The position numbers and the translations under genes are program-made. The notes below the pieces were generated by a model. That model did no database searches. It was not told where the DNA came from and saw only the letters and a list, made by a program, of their open reading frames with translations. This document shows, piece by piece, positions 32,401-42,053 of a stretch of DNA of 64,000 nt (positions are counted from its first letter, which is position 1; each line of letters starts with the position of its first letter). Origin of the DNA: Eubacteriales bacterium. GTDB lineage: Bacteria > Bacillota > Clostridia > Oscillospirales > CAG-272. The stretch spans positions 13,764 through 77,763 of the forward strand of contig JAZTXK010000055.1 of the NCBI GenBank assembly GCA_045636385.1. The letters are read 5' to 3'.

Positions 32401-34674
32401 ATGATGGACAAACTCCTTGTCAACTCCCTTCTGACCGAAGAAGAAATTGCAGAACTTAAGGAAAGGGAGACTCCGGGACATCCCTGGATCTTTGCAATCG
32501 TTGGCGATATTTCGATCCTCTCGAACTATTGCCGAAGTGTGTTGCTTGTCAGCGACATTGAAGTAACCACGCATGAGTTCAATACTCATCACGCAGGAAC
32601 TACCATCCGTATTGAGGATATCGTTAAGACGCATACCCGCCGTATGTACGGAAACGCAATGCTCTGTCTTGAGCTTAAAAACGGTCTTGAAGAAAAAATA
32701 TTCCGCTACACCTTCAGCGTAAACACACTTTGCGAGGGTGCTTCCACCTTTATCAACTCCATCGTCAAGGGCGAGGATATCGAGGAAGCTACCGAATGTA
32801 TGAAGGCGATCTACGAGAAACAGCTCTCGGTATGTCCGAAGTGCGGACGTACGCTTGCATCCCCCGGTGCGGAATGCCTTAACTGCGCGAGCAAGGGTAA
32901 GCTCGTTACAAAGCTCGGAAAGTACATAGTTCCCGAGTGGAAGAAGCTGATACTTTCGGTTCTGCTTTCGATTACGTCTACCGCACTTGCGCTGATCCCG
33001 CCTATGCTGACCAAATCCCTCATTGACGAGATCTTGCCGAACAACAACGCCGCTATGCTTATGCAGGTGGTTATTTTGCTGATCTCGCTGCAGATCATCA
33101 GCCACATTATAAGCGGTACGCGTGGCTACGTTCTTCGTCTTGTAGCCGATAGGATCGTATCGAACCTTCGTAACGACGTTTACGAAAAGGCGCAGTATCT
33201 GCCTATGCGATTCTACGATAAGACCTCGACGGGTGCGGTAATCAACCGTATCTCGGGCGACAGCTCGACTATTCAGTCCTTTATGCTGCGTATTACGCAG
33301 GAGGTTGTCGTTCAGTTCTTCAAGATGGTCGGTATCGTTGTGGTCATGCTTGTTATGAACCCCAAGCTGACGCTTCTCTCGCTCATTCCCGTTCCTCTTG
33401 TAGTTATCGGCTCGCGTATCTTCGGTAAGAAGATCCGTCCCTTCTATCTCCGAATCTGGAGAAGATGGACAGCCGTTTCCTCTATACTTACGGATACCAT
33501 CCCCGGCATCCGTGTCGTAAAGTCCTTCACTAACGAAAAGAACACCACCGCTCGCTTCAAGGAAAAGAACGAGGAGTGGTATAAGACCGATACGTCTGCC
33601 GCAAAGATACTCAATGCTTTCCCCGCGATAGTCGGTACCTTTATCGGTCTCGGTTCGGTAGTTATCTGGGCATTCGGCGGTAATATGGTCATTAACGCTC
33701 AGCTTGCTGGCATCGAGACCACTCTCACCGTCGGTACTCTCGTAATCTTCATCAACTACGCATCGATGTTCTACGAGCCCGTAAACTTCTTTGCTAACCT
33801 CAACGACTCCTTCCAGCACTTCCTCGCGTCTGCCGAGAGAATTCTCGATATTCTTGACGCCGAGCCCGAGCACAACTTCGGCGAAGGCAAGAATATGACC
33901 GAGTTCAAGGGTAAGATCGAATTCAAGAACGTAAACTTCTCCTTCGACCGTACCAAGAAGACGCTTAAGAATATCAATCTCCTGATCGAGCCCGGCGATA
34001 TCGTCGGTATCGTAGGTACTACAGGTTCGGGTAAATCGACACTTATCAACCTCCTGCTCCGTTATTACGATCACTATGACGGACAGATCCTTGTTGACGA
34101 CGTTGATATCCGCGATATAGATATGTCGCACTTCCGTTCGCAGATAGGCTTCGTTCAGCAGGAGCCCTTGATGTTCCACGATACCATTTTCAACAATATC
34201 GCATACGGCTGTCCCGATTGCCCCGTCGAGCGAGTTCTCGAGGCGGCTGACATCGCGAACGCGCACGAATTCATCGTCCGTCAGCCCGATGGTTACGATG
34301 CAGTCCTCGGCGAGCGCGGCGTAGGTCTTTCGGGCGGTGAGCGTCAGAGAGTTTCGATCGCGCGCGCGATGCTGAAGAATCCCTCGATCCTCGTATTTGA
34401 CGAGGCGACCGCATCTGTCGACTCTGAGACCGAGCATCTGATCCAGGAGGCTATCGAACGCCTCATTTCGGGCAGAACCACCATTATGATCGCGCACAGA
34501 CTTTCCACTCTGTCTAAGGCGAACAAGATCGTCGTTGTAGACAAGGGCGAGATCATCGAGTGCGGCTCGCCCGACGAGCTTCTTGCTCTCAAGGGCAAGT
34601 ATTACCGCCTCGTTGAGATCCAGTCGATGTCCGAAAAGGTCAATGAAGCCAAGAAAGCTGACAACTTTGAATAA
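32401..34674 (+). CDS. ABC transporter (fused TMD-NBD) with about 190-aa N-terminal cytoplasmic extension containing a zinc ribbon
   Basis: CPKCGRTLASPGAECLNC, then 6 TM segments, GTTGSGKST, LSGGERQR, ILVFDEATAS. Start is uncertain: no SD at 32401, and an in-frame ATG lies at 32296. Confidence 0.85.
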   Translation: MMDKLLVNSLLTEEEIAELKERETPGHPWIFAIVGDISILSNYCRSVLLVSDIEVTTHEFNTHHAGTTIRIEDIVKTHTRRMYGNAMLCLELKNGLEEKIFRYTFSVNTLCEGASTFINSIVKGEDIEEATECMKAIYEKQLSVCPKCGRTLASPGAECLNCASKGKLVTKLGKYIVPEWKKLILSVLLSITSTALALIPPMLTKSLIDEILPNNNAAMLMQVVILLISLQIISHIISGTRGYVLRLVADRIVSNLRNDVYEKAQYLPMRFYDKTSTGAVINRISGDSSTIQSFMLRITQEVVVQFFKMVGIVVVMLVMNPKLTLLSLIPVPLVVIGSRIFGKKIRPFYLRIWRRWTAVSSILTDTIPGIRVVKSFTNEKNTTARFKEKNEEWYKTDTSAAKILNAFPAIVGTFIGLGSVVIWAFGGNMVINAQLAGIETTLTVGTLVIFINYASMFYEPVNFFANLNDSFQHFLASAERILDILDAEPEHNFGEGKNMTEFKGKIEFKNVNFSFDRTKKTLKNINLLIEPGDIVGIVGTTGSGKSTLINLLLRYYDHYDGQILVDDVDIRDIDMSHFRSQIGFVQQEPLMFHDTIFNNIAYGCPDCPVERVLEAADIANAHEFIVRQPDGYDAVLGERGVGLSGGERQRVSIARAMLKNPSILVFDEATASVDSETEHLIQEAIERLISGRTTIMIAHRLSTLSKANKIVVVDKGEIIECGSPDELLALKGKYYRLVEIQSMSEKVNEAKKADNFE

Positions 34675-34687
34675 GGAGGGATAGACA

Positions 34688-35173
34688 ATGGCAATTAGAT
34701 TTCTTGATAAGTCCGCAAAGATCGAGATGACCGACGTTTATTACGTTCAGCTCACTCTCGGCGACGGCACTGTTTATGAGAACGTTGAGCTCCGCCGTCT
34801 TTTCCCGATCTCGGATAAGTTCAACTACATCTCGCTTCTCGACAAGGATGAGCACGAGATCGCAATGATCAAGTCGCTCGACGATATCACCCCCGATAGC
34901 GCGGCGGCGATCAAGGCTTGCTTCTATGATTACTACCGCATCCCGAAGATCACTAAGATCACGGAGTGCGACGATAAGACGGGAATGCTTAAGATGACGG
35001 TTATGACCGACCACGGTGAGGCTACTTTCCGTATCCGCAACCGTCACAGCGATATGAAGACCTACCACGGCGACCGCGTTATCATCCGCGACTCGAACGA
35101 TAACCGTTACGAGATTGAGAATCTGAATAACCTCGACCGCAAGAGTTGGTTGCTTGTAGCAAGTTTTCTTTAA
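34688..35173 (+). CDS. DUF1854 family protein
   Basis: VELRRLFPIS...ISLLDKDEHEI...YRIPKITKI...DHGEATFRI...IRDSNDNRYEI..L..LDRKS pattern as I recall for DUF1854; AGGAGGG RBS. Confidence 0.7.
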   Translation: MAIRFLDKSAKIEMTDVYYVQLTLGDGTVYENVELRRLFPISDKFNYISLLDKDEHEIAMIKSLDDITPDSAAAIKACFYDYYRIPKITKITECDDKTGMLKMTVMTDHGEATFRIRNRHSDMKTYHGDRVIIRDSNDNRYEIENLNNLDRKSWLLVASFL

Positions 35174-35180
35174 AAATAAT

Positions 35181-35215
35181 AATGGCGGATCATTACGATC
35201 TGCCATTTGTTTTTT
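35181..35215 (+). terminator. Terminator after the DUF1854 gene (overlaps the convergent stop)
   Basis: AATGGCGGATC / GATCTGCCATT stem followed by TGTTTTTT. Confidence 0.7.
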
Positions 35216-36119
35216 ATTCAAGATTAATTACGCAATTTACAAAGTCATCAATCTCGATCAATCCATAGTAATCGGTACGACCTTGCGCGGTGGTCACACT
35301 GTACTTGGTTGTATCCATAATACTCATTAAAGCATCATAATACGTTCCAAAGTCGCCTTTGAGATAGCCCTCATCCTTGTTTCCGTTTGCGTGAATTGAA
35401 TACGCCACTCTTGTAATATAGTATTTATTATCAAGAATTATACACGGTATCGCAACCACTTGATGAGTGACAACTGAAGTAGAGAGATATACTCTTTCCG
35501 CGCTTGATGGATTTAAGTAAATGAATTCTTTTTCAAAGATAACATGAGTGTTTGTGTTAATGCCATTTTCGAAAACGGGATCATACATTTGAAAATGCTC
35601 GATTCTCGGAAGAATTGCTTTTTGGGAAGCAATATCCCTCACAAGCAATGTTTTGTTGATCTGAAAAGCTACGATGAAATTTTTATCCTCGTGAATGTCT
35701 TTGATCTCATCCGCACTTTCAAATCTTACCCAAGTATATTTATCGGAATTTTCGTATTCGCGAGGACCGTTTTTTGTGATTCCGTCGTAATATCCGCACA
35801 CGAAATAGAAATTCGTCGGATCAAAATCAACGAGCAACGGTTGCTGACCGTTCTTTATTTTATCAATTTTCCCGGAAAGTGACGTGTCAGCCAATTCATA
35901 CTCAACGTAAAGCATTTGCAAATAATCAACCAAGGAATCGATCAATTCGTCATTCAGCGTATCGCTGTCCTCGACTGCAAAGCTCTGCTCATAGATATTG
36001 TCCACGGAATCGGTACTGCTTATCTCGTCGGAAAATCTTCCGGTGCGTGAAAAGCAACCGCAAAGAAGAGTCAGACAAACCAATATAATAAATAAACAGG
36101 TGAATTTTATTTTACTCAT
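35214..36119 (-). CDS. Orphan lipoprotein (301 aa), AT-rich
   Basis: MSKIKFTCLFIILVCLTLLCGC lipobox behind GGAGGA. The longer track ORF is an overlap artefact. Confidence 0.65.
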   Translation of the reverse strand: MSKIKFTCLFIILVCLTLLCGCFSRTGRFSDEISSTDSVDNIYEQSFAVEDSDTLNDELIDSLVDYLQMLYVEYELADTSLSGKIDKIKNGQQPLLVDFDPTNFYFVCGYYDGITKNGPREYENSDKYTWVRFESADEIKDIHEDKNFIVAFQINKTLLVRDIASQKAILPRIEHFQMYDPVFENGINTNTHVIFEKEFIYLNPSSAERVYLSTSVVTHQVVAIPCIILDNKYYITRVAYSIHANGNKDEGYLKGDFGTYYDALMSIMDTTKYSVTTAQGRTDYYGLIEIDDFVNCVINLE

Positions 36120-36150
36120 TTTGTCCTCCCCAAAAAGTATGGATGCTTTT

Positions 36151-36831
36151 TTATTTCGACGACGGCATAAATCCGCTGAGAGTTCTTGCAACTGCGTGGA
36201 TGGGCATGGTCTGGAGAATGATTTTGCCGGGGCCTTTGACAACGGTGTTGAAGATGCCTTCGCCGCCGAAGAGCGCGTTCTTGACGCTTCCCGTGGTGAC
36301 GATGTCCATCGAGCAGGTCGAATCCATCGCGACGAGATAGCCCGTGTCAACGATCATCGATTGACCTGCCGCGAGCGTATATTCGACCGCGTGACCGTCG
36401 ATCTCTATGAAAGCAATACCCTGACCGCCGATCTTCTGCATTATGAATCCCTCGCCGCCGAAGAAGCCCGCGCCGAGCTTTTTCTGGAAGTGGAGAGAGA
36501 GCTCGATGCCCTCGGTGGATGCGAGAAAAGCGCGCTTCTGAACGATTATTTCACGTCCGGGGTCGATATTGCAAGCGCGGATAGAGCCCGGGAAGCTCGA
36601 GGCAAACGCGATAAGTCCCGCCGCGCGCTCAGCTGTGTATCTGTTCATAAAGAAGGATTCGCCCGCGAACATACGCGCAAAAGCCTTGCCTACACCGCCG
36701 TTCGAGGTGGTCTCCATCTTCATATTCTGCGTCATCCAGCTCATACTGCCGCGCTCGGTTATCATTGTTTCGCCTGCCTCAAGCGTGCAGATAACTACGG
36801 GAAGAGAATCGCCTTGGATTTCGTATTTCAT
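36151..36831 (-). CDS. AIM24 / TIGR00266 (DUF124) family protein
   Basis: MKYEIQGDSLPVVICTLEAGETMITERGSMSWM...FAGESFFMNRY...GEGFIMQKIGGQG. Confidence 0.8.
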   Translation of the reverse strand: MKYEIQGDSLPVVICTLEAGETMITERGSMSWMTQNMKMETTSNGGVGKAFARMFAGESFFMNRYTAERAAGLIAFASSFPGSIRACNIDPGREIIVQKRAFLASTEGIELSLHFQKKLGAGFFGGEGFIMQKIGGQGIAFIEIDGHAVEYTLAAGQSMIVDTGYLVAMDSTCSMDIVTTGSVKNALFGGEGIFNTVVKGPGKIILQTMPIHAVARTLSGFMPSSK

Positions 36832-36843
36832 AATATGTCCTCC

Positions 36844-39819
36844 TTAAAACTGTGAGTTGAATTTGTTTTGAATTGCTGTCGATATTTCGATCATATCCTC
36901 TTTTTTGACCTTAACGATCTGTCTGTCGTAGGTGACAAGACCGTTTGTTTCATCCTCAACGTCGCTGACCTGAGTGTAAACCGTTGCGCAAAGTCCGCGG
37001 TCGATCATGGGGATGACTTCATCGAGGTAGAGGGATTTGAGTGCCTGACCGAACTTTTCGGTATCGGTGAAGAAGCGGTAACCGTAGGTGTTGTCGAGGT
37101 TGAAGGAATGTCCCTCGATCTTGCAGGAGTAGCCGCCGAATTCGGAGAGCACGAGAGGGCGGTCGGGATCGTTTTTGAGATCGAGCTTCTTGAAATAGAT
37201 ATGCTCGCTCGTAACGTCGCTTTCCTTTTCGGTGAACCAACCCGAGGTCGCGTCCCAGATGCGGGTGGGGTCGAGCGCCTTGAGGCGGCGGTAGTTTTCG
37301 TCTGCGTCAAACTGTCCCCAACCCTCGTTGAAGATCGTATAATAGACGACGCAGGGGTGGTTGTAGAGAATCTTTACGGTTATTTCGCTGTCGGTTTCAA
37401 AAGCGGTGCGGCGGATATCGCTTGCTCTGTGGCTGATGCCCTTTCTCAAACCCGCTGTGGGCAGTACGGTGTCAATGAGAAAGCTGTATTTGCCGCTGTT
37501 GACCATATCCTGGAATACGATCATGCCGTATTTGTCGCAGTAGTAGTAGAAGAGCTCGGGCTCGATCTTGATGTGCTTGCGGAGCATATTGAAGCCGAGC
37601 TCCTTCATTTTCAGAATGTCGTAACGGTAGCCCTCGGGTGTCGCGGGGGTGTAGATTCCGTCGCTGTAGTAGCCCTGATCGAGCAATCCGTGGAAGAAAT
37701 AGGGCTTTTCGTTGAGGGTGATATAGGATTTGCCTCCGATCTTCGCCGTGCCGACTGTGCGGAGCGCGAAATAGGATTCGATTTTATCTTCGCCCGATTC
37801 AAGCGTGAATTCGTAGAGATAGGGATCTTCGGGCGACCAAAGATGGGGATCATCGACCTTGAGCTCGAATTCATCGCCCTCAAAGCGGTACTGCTTGCCG
37901 TCAAGGGTGATAACCTTTTCATTCTCACCGCCCTTGATTTTGAATTTAACCGAATCAAGTGAGGGAGTCATCTTGATGCGCTTGATATAGTTCTCGGAAA
38001 CCGCTTCGAGCCACACCGCCTGCCAGATGCCGCTGATGGGGGTGTACCACATACCGCCGCGCTTCTTGCATTGTTTGCCGTAGGCGAGATCTGTGTCAAG
38101 ATCGTCGATGACGTCAACTTGAATTGTGTTTTCGCCGTCCTGAAGGTACTCGGTGATATCAAATTCAACGGGCAGATATCCGCCGGCGAGGATGTCAAGG
38201 TTATGTCCGTCAATTTTGAGCATAAAGATCTGGTCTACCGCGCCGAAATGCAGAATGATGCGTTTACCCTTCATCTCTTCGGGCAGCGTGAATTTTTTAA
38301 TGTATTTGTAGACTTCGTAATTCTTTTTTTCGCGTTCGATGCCAGAAAGTCTTGATTCGGGCGGGAAAGGCACCTTGATCTTGCCGAGATTGATCTCCTC
38401 GCCGCTGATGACCGAAAGCTCCCAATCGCCGCAAAGCGACATATAGGAATCGCGCTTCATCTGCGGGCGGGGATATTCTGTCCAGTCGCTTGAGGTATCT
38501 TCTTCAAAAGGAGTTTTCAGATCCTTGCAGAGGCGGGGCTTGTTGAAATATTTTGAAGCAAGAATAAGGATGAGCGCGAGAATACCGATCGGCACAAGTG
38601 CTCCGAGGAAGATGTTTTCATTGGGAACGAAGGACTCTGTGCCGTCGTTGTTTACGATCTTTTCGGCATTCGCAAGTATCGACTTGCCGATAAAGGGGCC
38701 GATAATGCCGGGCAGAAGCACCTGCGAGAAGATGCGCACGCCCTGAAGTCTGCCCGCCTTATCCTCGGGAGTGAGATCGCGGATTTTCGCGCCGAAGACA
38801 GCCATACCCGAAAGGTAGCCGCACATCATAAGGAGCGAGCCGATGAAGACGGGGAGCTTCGCCTTGAAGATAAAGAGCAGAACGTATCCCGCGCCGAGCC
38901 AGAGAAGAGAGTATGCGGAGGAATAGCCGAAGCCCTTTTTGTCGTAAACCTTGCCCCAGAATGCCGTTGCGACCGAGGCGAGGATGATCGCGGGCGCCAT
39001 TACGAGAACGTAATCCGCCATTCCGAGCGAGACCTCATAATATATAATGAGGTAGGGCATAAATATCTGGATAGAGATATTGAAGATAACGAACGCGGCG
39101 AGGTAGAAGTAAAATGCGGGATTAGCTTTTACCGTCGAGGGCAAAAAACCGTAAAATACGTTGCTGAAATAGCCACTCTCGGACGGCGCGGGGCATTTGT
39201 CTTCAATAATAAATATTCCGACGATACCGATGACGATCGTTGCGATACCGATGATGGCGAATATCATTACCCAGCTTTCGGCAAGGTTGAGGTCAAACGC
39301 CATAAAGCCGCCGAAAACGGCGAGGATGGCAACGAGGGGCATCATCGAATTGATTCCCTCGGCAGAGCCGCGGTTGGTCGAGTCGGTCGAATCGGTCAGC
39401 CACGCGTTATACGCCGCGTCGTTTGCCGAGGAGCCGAAGAAGGTCATAAGGCAATCGAGTGTGATCGTCAGCGTGATTCCGATAGCCGCCGCGCTTGCCG
39501 CAGCGGGGAAGAGAGCCTCGATCACGTCGAGCTTCAGAAGCGCAAAGGCGAATATTGAGATTCCCCAAAGGATGTATCCGCCGCAGATGAATATCTTTCG
39601 CTTGCCCACGCGGTCGGAAAGCGCACCGATAAAGACCGTGGTCAGCGTTGCCGCTATTGCACTTGCCGCAACCATCGCGGAGATGTCCTCCGCAGAGGCG
39701 TTAAACATTTTGTAGATAAAGACGTTGAGATACATATTCTCAACGACCCACGCGATCTGTCCCATAAGTCCGAAAAGGACGAGTGCGAGCCAGAAGCGTC
39801 CGGAGAGCTTGGTTTTCAT
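36844..39819 (-). CDS. Fusion protein: N-terminal MFS (GPH-like) transporter plus C-terminal glycoside hydrolase family 2 enzyme
   Basis: About 455 aa with 12 hydrophobic spans (MKTKLSGRFWLALVLFG...). A GH2 sugar-binding/Ig/TIM region follows (ILHFGAVDQ..., NMLRKH, acid/base NEGWG, nucleophile SEFGG). Start set at 39819 behind AAGGAG because the promoter -10 lies at 39854-39849. Confidence 0.8.
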   Translation of the reverse strand: MKTKLSGRFWLALVLFGLMGQIAWVVENMYLNVFIYKMFNASAEDISAMVAASAIAATLTTVFIGALSDRVGKRKIFICGGYILWGISIFAFALLKLDVIEALFPAAASAAAIGITLTITLDCLMTFFGSSANDAAYNAWLTDSTDSTNRGSAEGINSMMPLVAILAVFGGFMAFDLNLAESWVMIFAIIGIATIVIGIVGIFIIEDKCPAPSESGYFSNVFYGFLPSTVKANPAFYFYLAAFVIFNISIQIFMPYLIIYYEVSLGMADYVLVMAPAIILASVATAFWGKVYDKKGFGYSSAYSLLWLGAGYVLLFIFKAKLPVFIGSLLMMCGYLSGMAVFGAKIRDLTPEDKAGRLQGVRIFSQVLLPGIIGPFIGKSILANAEKIVNNDGTESFVPNENIFLGALVPIGILALILILASKYFNKPRLCKDLKTPFEEDTSSDWTEYPRPQMKRDSYMSLCGDWELSVISGEEINLGKIKVPFPPESRLSGIEREKKNYEVYKYIKKFTLPEEMKGKRIILHFGAVDQIFMLKIDGHNLDILAGGYLPVEFDITEYLQDGENTIQVDVIDDLDTDLAYGKQCKKRGGMWYTPISGIWQAVWLEAVSENYIKRIKMTPSLDSVKFKIKGGENEKVITLDGKQYRFEGDEFELKVDDPHLWSPEDPYLYEFTLESGEDKIESYFALRTVGTAKIGGKSYITLNEKPYFFHGLLDQGYYSDGIYTPATPEGYRYDILKMKELGFNMLRKHIKIEPELFYYYCDKYGMIVFQDMVNSGKYSFLIDTVLPTAGLRKGISHRASDIRRTAFETDSEITVKILYNHPCVVYYTIFNEGWGQFDADENYRRLKALDPTRIWDATSGWFTEKESDVTSEHIYFKKLDLKNDPDRPLVLSEFGGYSCKIEGHSFNLDNTYGYRFFTDTEKFGQALKSLYLDEVIPMIDRGLCATVYTQVSDVEDETNGLVTYDRQIVKVKKEDMIEISTAIQNKFNSQF

Positions 39820-39848
39820 TGTATAAACTCCTTGTGTTTGTTGATTAA

Positions 39849-39924
39849 ATTTTATCATAAAGCGTGGCTTTTGTCAATGATGATGCCGAAAATCATTGAC
39901 AATTAATAATATTAGTGCTATAAT
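39849..39924. promoter_or_regulatory. Back-to-back divergent promoters whose -35 boxes lie in a perfect 10-bp inverted repeat
   Basis: TGTCAATGAT (39872-81) and ATCATTGACA (39892-901). Plus strand: TTGACA, 17-nt spacer, TATAAT (39919-24). Minus strand: TTGACA, 17-nt spacer, TAAAAT (39854-49). Confidence 0.7.
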
Positions 39925-39956
39925 TTAATTAATAACTCTCTTTGGAGGTAATATTT

Positions 39957-40676
39957 ATGGATTACGGTATTCAGCTTTACAGCATTCGCGACCTTGCAAA
40001 GGAAAATTTTGAGGAAGCCGTCGCGGCGGCTTCGCGCATTGGTTATTCATCAATAGAATTTGCGGGATTCTTCGGAAGAACCGCCGCACAGGTAAATAAG
40101 GCTATGGACGACGCGGGCATCCGTATCTGCGGTACACACAGCGGATGGGGCGAGCTTGCGAACGATTACGAAAATACTCTGCGCTTCCACAAGGAGATCG
40201 GCAACAAGCGTTACACCATCCCCGGCGCGGATCTTTCGACTCCCGAAAAGCTCCGTGATTTCGTTGAATTTCTTAATTATATGACTCCCAAGCTTGCCGC
40301 AGAGGGCATTGAGCTTGCTTATCACAACCATTCGCGCGAGTTTATCGTCAACGATTTCGGCGTAAGAACTCACGACGTTCTTGCCGCAGAAACCAAGGTA
40401 AATTTCGAGATCGACACCTATTGGGCGTTCGTTGCAAAGGAGGACTCCGTTGCGGTTCTTGAAAAGTACGCGCACAGAATGTCTCTCATTCATCTGAAGG
40501 ACGGTACTCCCGAGGGCCACGGAAAGTCGCTCGGTCTCGGTTCTGCGCCGCTTGCAGAGGTTGTTGCAACCGCTAAAAGGCTCGGACTTTATATGATCGT
40601 TGAAAGCGAAGGTCAGGAGCCCGACGGGCCTGCTGAGATCACTCGCTGTATCGATTGGCTCAAGATAAACGGATAA
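39957..40676 (+). CDS. Sugar phosphate isomerase/epimerase (xylose-isomerase-like TIM barrel)
   Basis: MDYGIQLYSIRD...IEFAG...YHNH...HLKD. Confidence 0.8.
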   Translation: MDYGIQLYSIRDLAKENFEEAVAAASRIGYSSIEFAGFFGRTAAQVNKAMDDAGIRICGTHSGWGELANDYENTLRFHKEIGNKRYTIPGADLSTPEKLRDFVEFLNYMTPKLAAEGIELAYHNHSREFIVNDFGVRTHDVLAAETKVNFEIDTYWAFVAKEDSVAVLEKYAHRMSLIHLKDGTPEGHGKSLGLGSAPLAEVVATAKRLGLYMIVESEGQEPDGPAEITRCIDWLKING

Positions 40677-42041
40677 ATGAACGCTACCGTAAATAAAAAG
40701 CGCCGCAAGCCTCTCGGCACTGCGACGGTTATGGCGCTCGGTTTTCTTGCGATAATCGTGCTTGGAACCCTTCTTCTGATGCTTCCGATATCGAGCGCGG
40801 TGGGCGAGTTTACATCACCGCTGACAGCACTTTTCACGGCAGTCAGCGCGACCTGTGTCACGGGCCTTGTCGTTGTCGAAACCGGACTTTACTGGAGCCT
40901 TTTCGGTAAGATAGTCATAATTACGCTCATACAGATCGGCGGTCTCGGATTTATGACGATGGCGGTTCTGCTTTCGATTATCGTCCGCCGCAGACTTTCT
41001 CCACGCGACCGAGTGCTCGTTGCCGCTTCTTACGGTATTACCGATTTCGGCGGAATAAACGTGCTGGTCAAAAGGATTCTTCTCGGCACTCTGTGTATCG
41101 AAGGCACGGGCGCTGTGTTGCTCTCGCTCCGATTTATTCCCGAATTTGGTTTCCCGAAGGGACTCGGATACGGTGTATTCCATTCGATCTCCGCGTTCTG
41201 CAACGCCGGATTTGATATCCTCGGAAACGGGAATTCTATGGGTGCGTACGCGAAAGATCCGCTTGTGAGCATTACCCTGATGCTCCTCGTGCTTCTCGGC
41301 GGAATCGGTTTTCCCGTGTGGAATGAATTCATCGGGCATAAAAAGCGTCAGAAATTCAGCGCGTATACAAAGTTCGTGCTCATTTTAAGCGCGATATACG
41401 TTGTCGGCGGAGCTATGGTAGTTGCCCTGCTTGAATGGAACAACCCCGAAACCATCGGCGAGATGGGATTTGGCGCAAAGATACTCAATTCCTTCTTCCA
41501 ATCGGTCACCTGGCGTACTGCGGGCTTTACTGCGGTAGATAACGCCGCGCTGAACGAGGGAACGAAGCTTTTCGGTCTGTTTTGGATGTTCTCGGGCGGT
41601 GCTTCGGCATCGACCGCGGGCGGTGTAAAGATCGCGACGATCGGCGTCATTATGCTTGCCGCATATTCGGTTGCCGTCGGCAAAAGCGAGATCAATTTTA
41701 TGCGCCGCCGTATTCCCTTTGAGGCGATGCTTCGCGCGCTGTCGCTCGTCGTTATTCAGCTGATACTGACAGTTGCCGCGACAATTATTTGTACCGTTGC
41801 TTGCGGAAATATGGACGTTGAGGGTATCGACATTCTTTACGAGATCGTTTCCGCGGGTGCGACGGTAGGTCTTACCGCGGGATTGACGCCTCTGCTTCCT
41901 CCGTCTGCCTTGATCGTTATAATATTTATGATGTATTTCGGGCGCGTGGGAATTCTGACCGTGACCTTCTCTTTGCTCGGTAAAGCGGTTGGAAGATCCT
42001 CCTCGATCAGCTACCCCGATGCCAATATTTTAATAGGATAG
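40677..42041 (+). CDS. trkH: TrkH/KtrB family potassium uptake membrane subunit
   Basis: Four-fold MPM architecture; ATCVTGL, IQIGGLGF, NAGFD, SASTAGG filter-like motifs. Confidence 0.88.
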   Translation: MNATVNKKRRKPLGTATVMALGFLAIIVLGTLLLMLPISSAVGEFTSPLTALFTAVSATCVTGLVVVETGLYWSLFGKIVIITLIQIGGLGFMTMAVLLSIIVRRRLSPRDRVLVAASYGITDFGGINVLVKRILLGTLCIEGTGAVLLSLRFIPEFGFPKGLGYGVFHSISAFCNAGFDILGNGNSMGAYAKDPLVSITLMLLVLLGGIGFPVWNEFIGHKKRQKFSAYTKFVLILSAIYVVGGAMVVALLEWNNPETIGEMGFGAKILNSFFQSVTWRTAGFTAVDNAALNEGTKLFGLFWMFSGGASASTAGGVKIATIGVIMLAAYSVAVGKSEINFMRRRIPFEAMLRALSLVVIQLILTVAATIICTVACGNMDVEGIDILYEIVSAGATVGLTAGLTPLLPPSALIVIIFMMYFGRVGILTVTFSLLGKAVGRSSSISYPDANILIG

Positions 42042-42053
42042 GAAATTTATATA

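Noticed and set aside
32332-34497. 721-aa ORF antisense to the ABC transporter gene.
   Set aside because: It lies codon-for-codon opposite a gene with unmistakable Walker/signature motifs. Its product is low-complexity (D/V/R/G-rich) and it has no RBS. This genome avoids TTA, CTA and TCA codons, which keeps the antisense frame open. The same reasoning covers 46172-47800, 36868-37962, 23813-24772, 28694-29503, 29550-30332, 55294-56133, 57651-58646, 17459-18289 and 15478-16422.
39820-39858. Upstream start of the MFS-GH2 ORF at 39858.
   Set aside because: The predicted -10 box (39854-39849) lies inside this stretch, and AAGGAG precedes the ATG at 39819.
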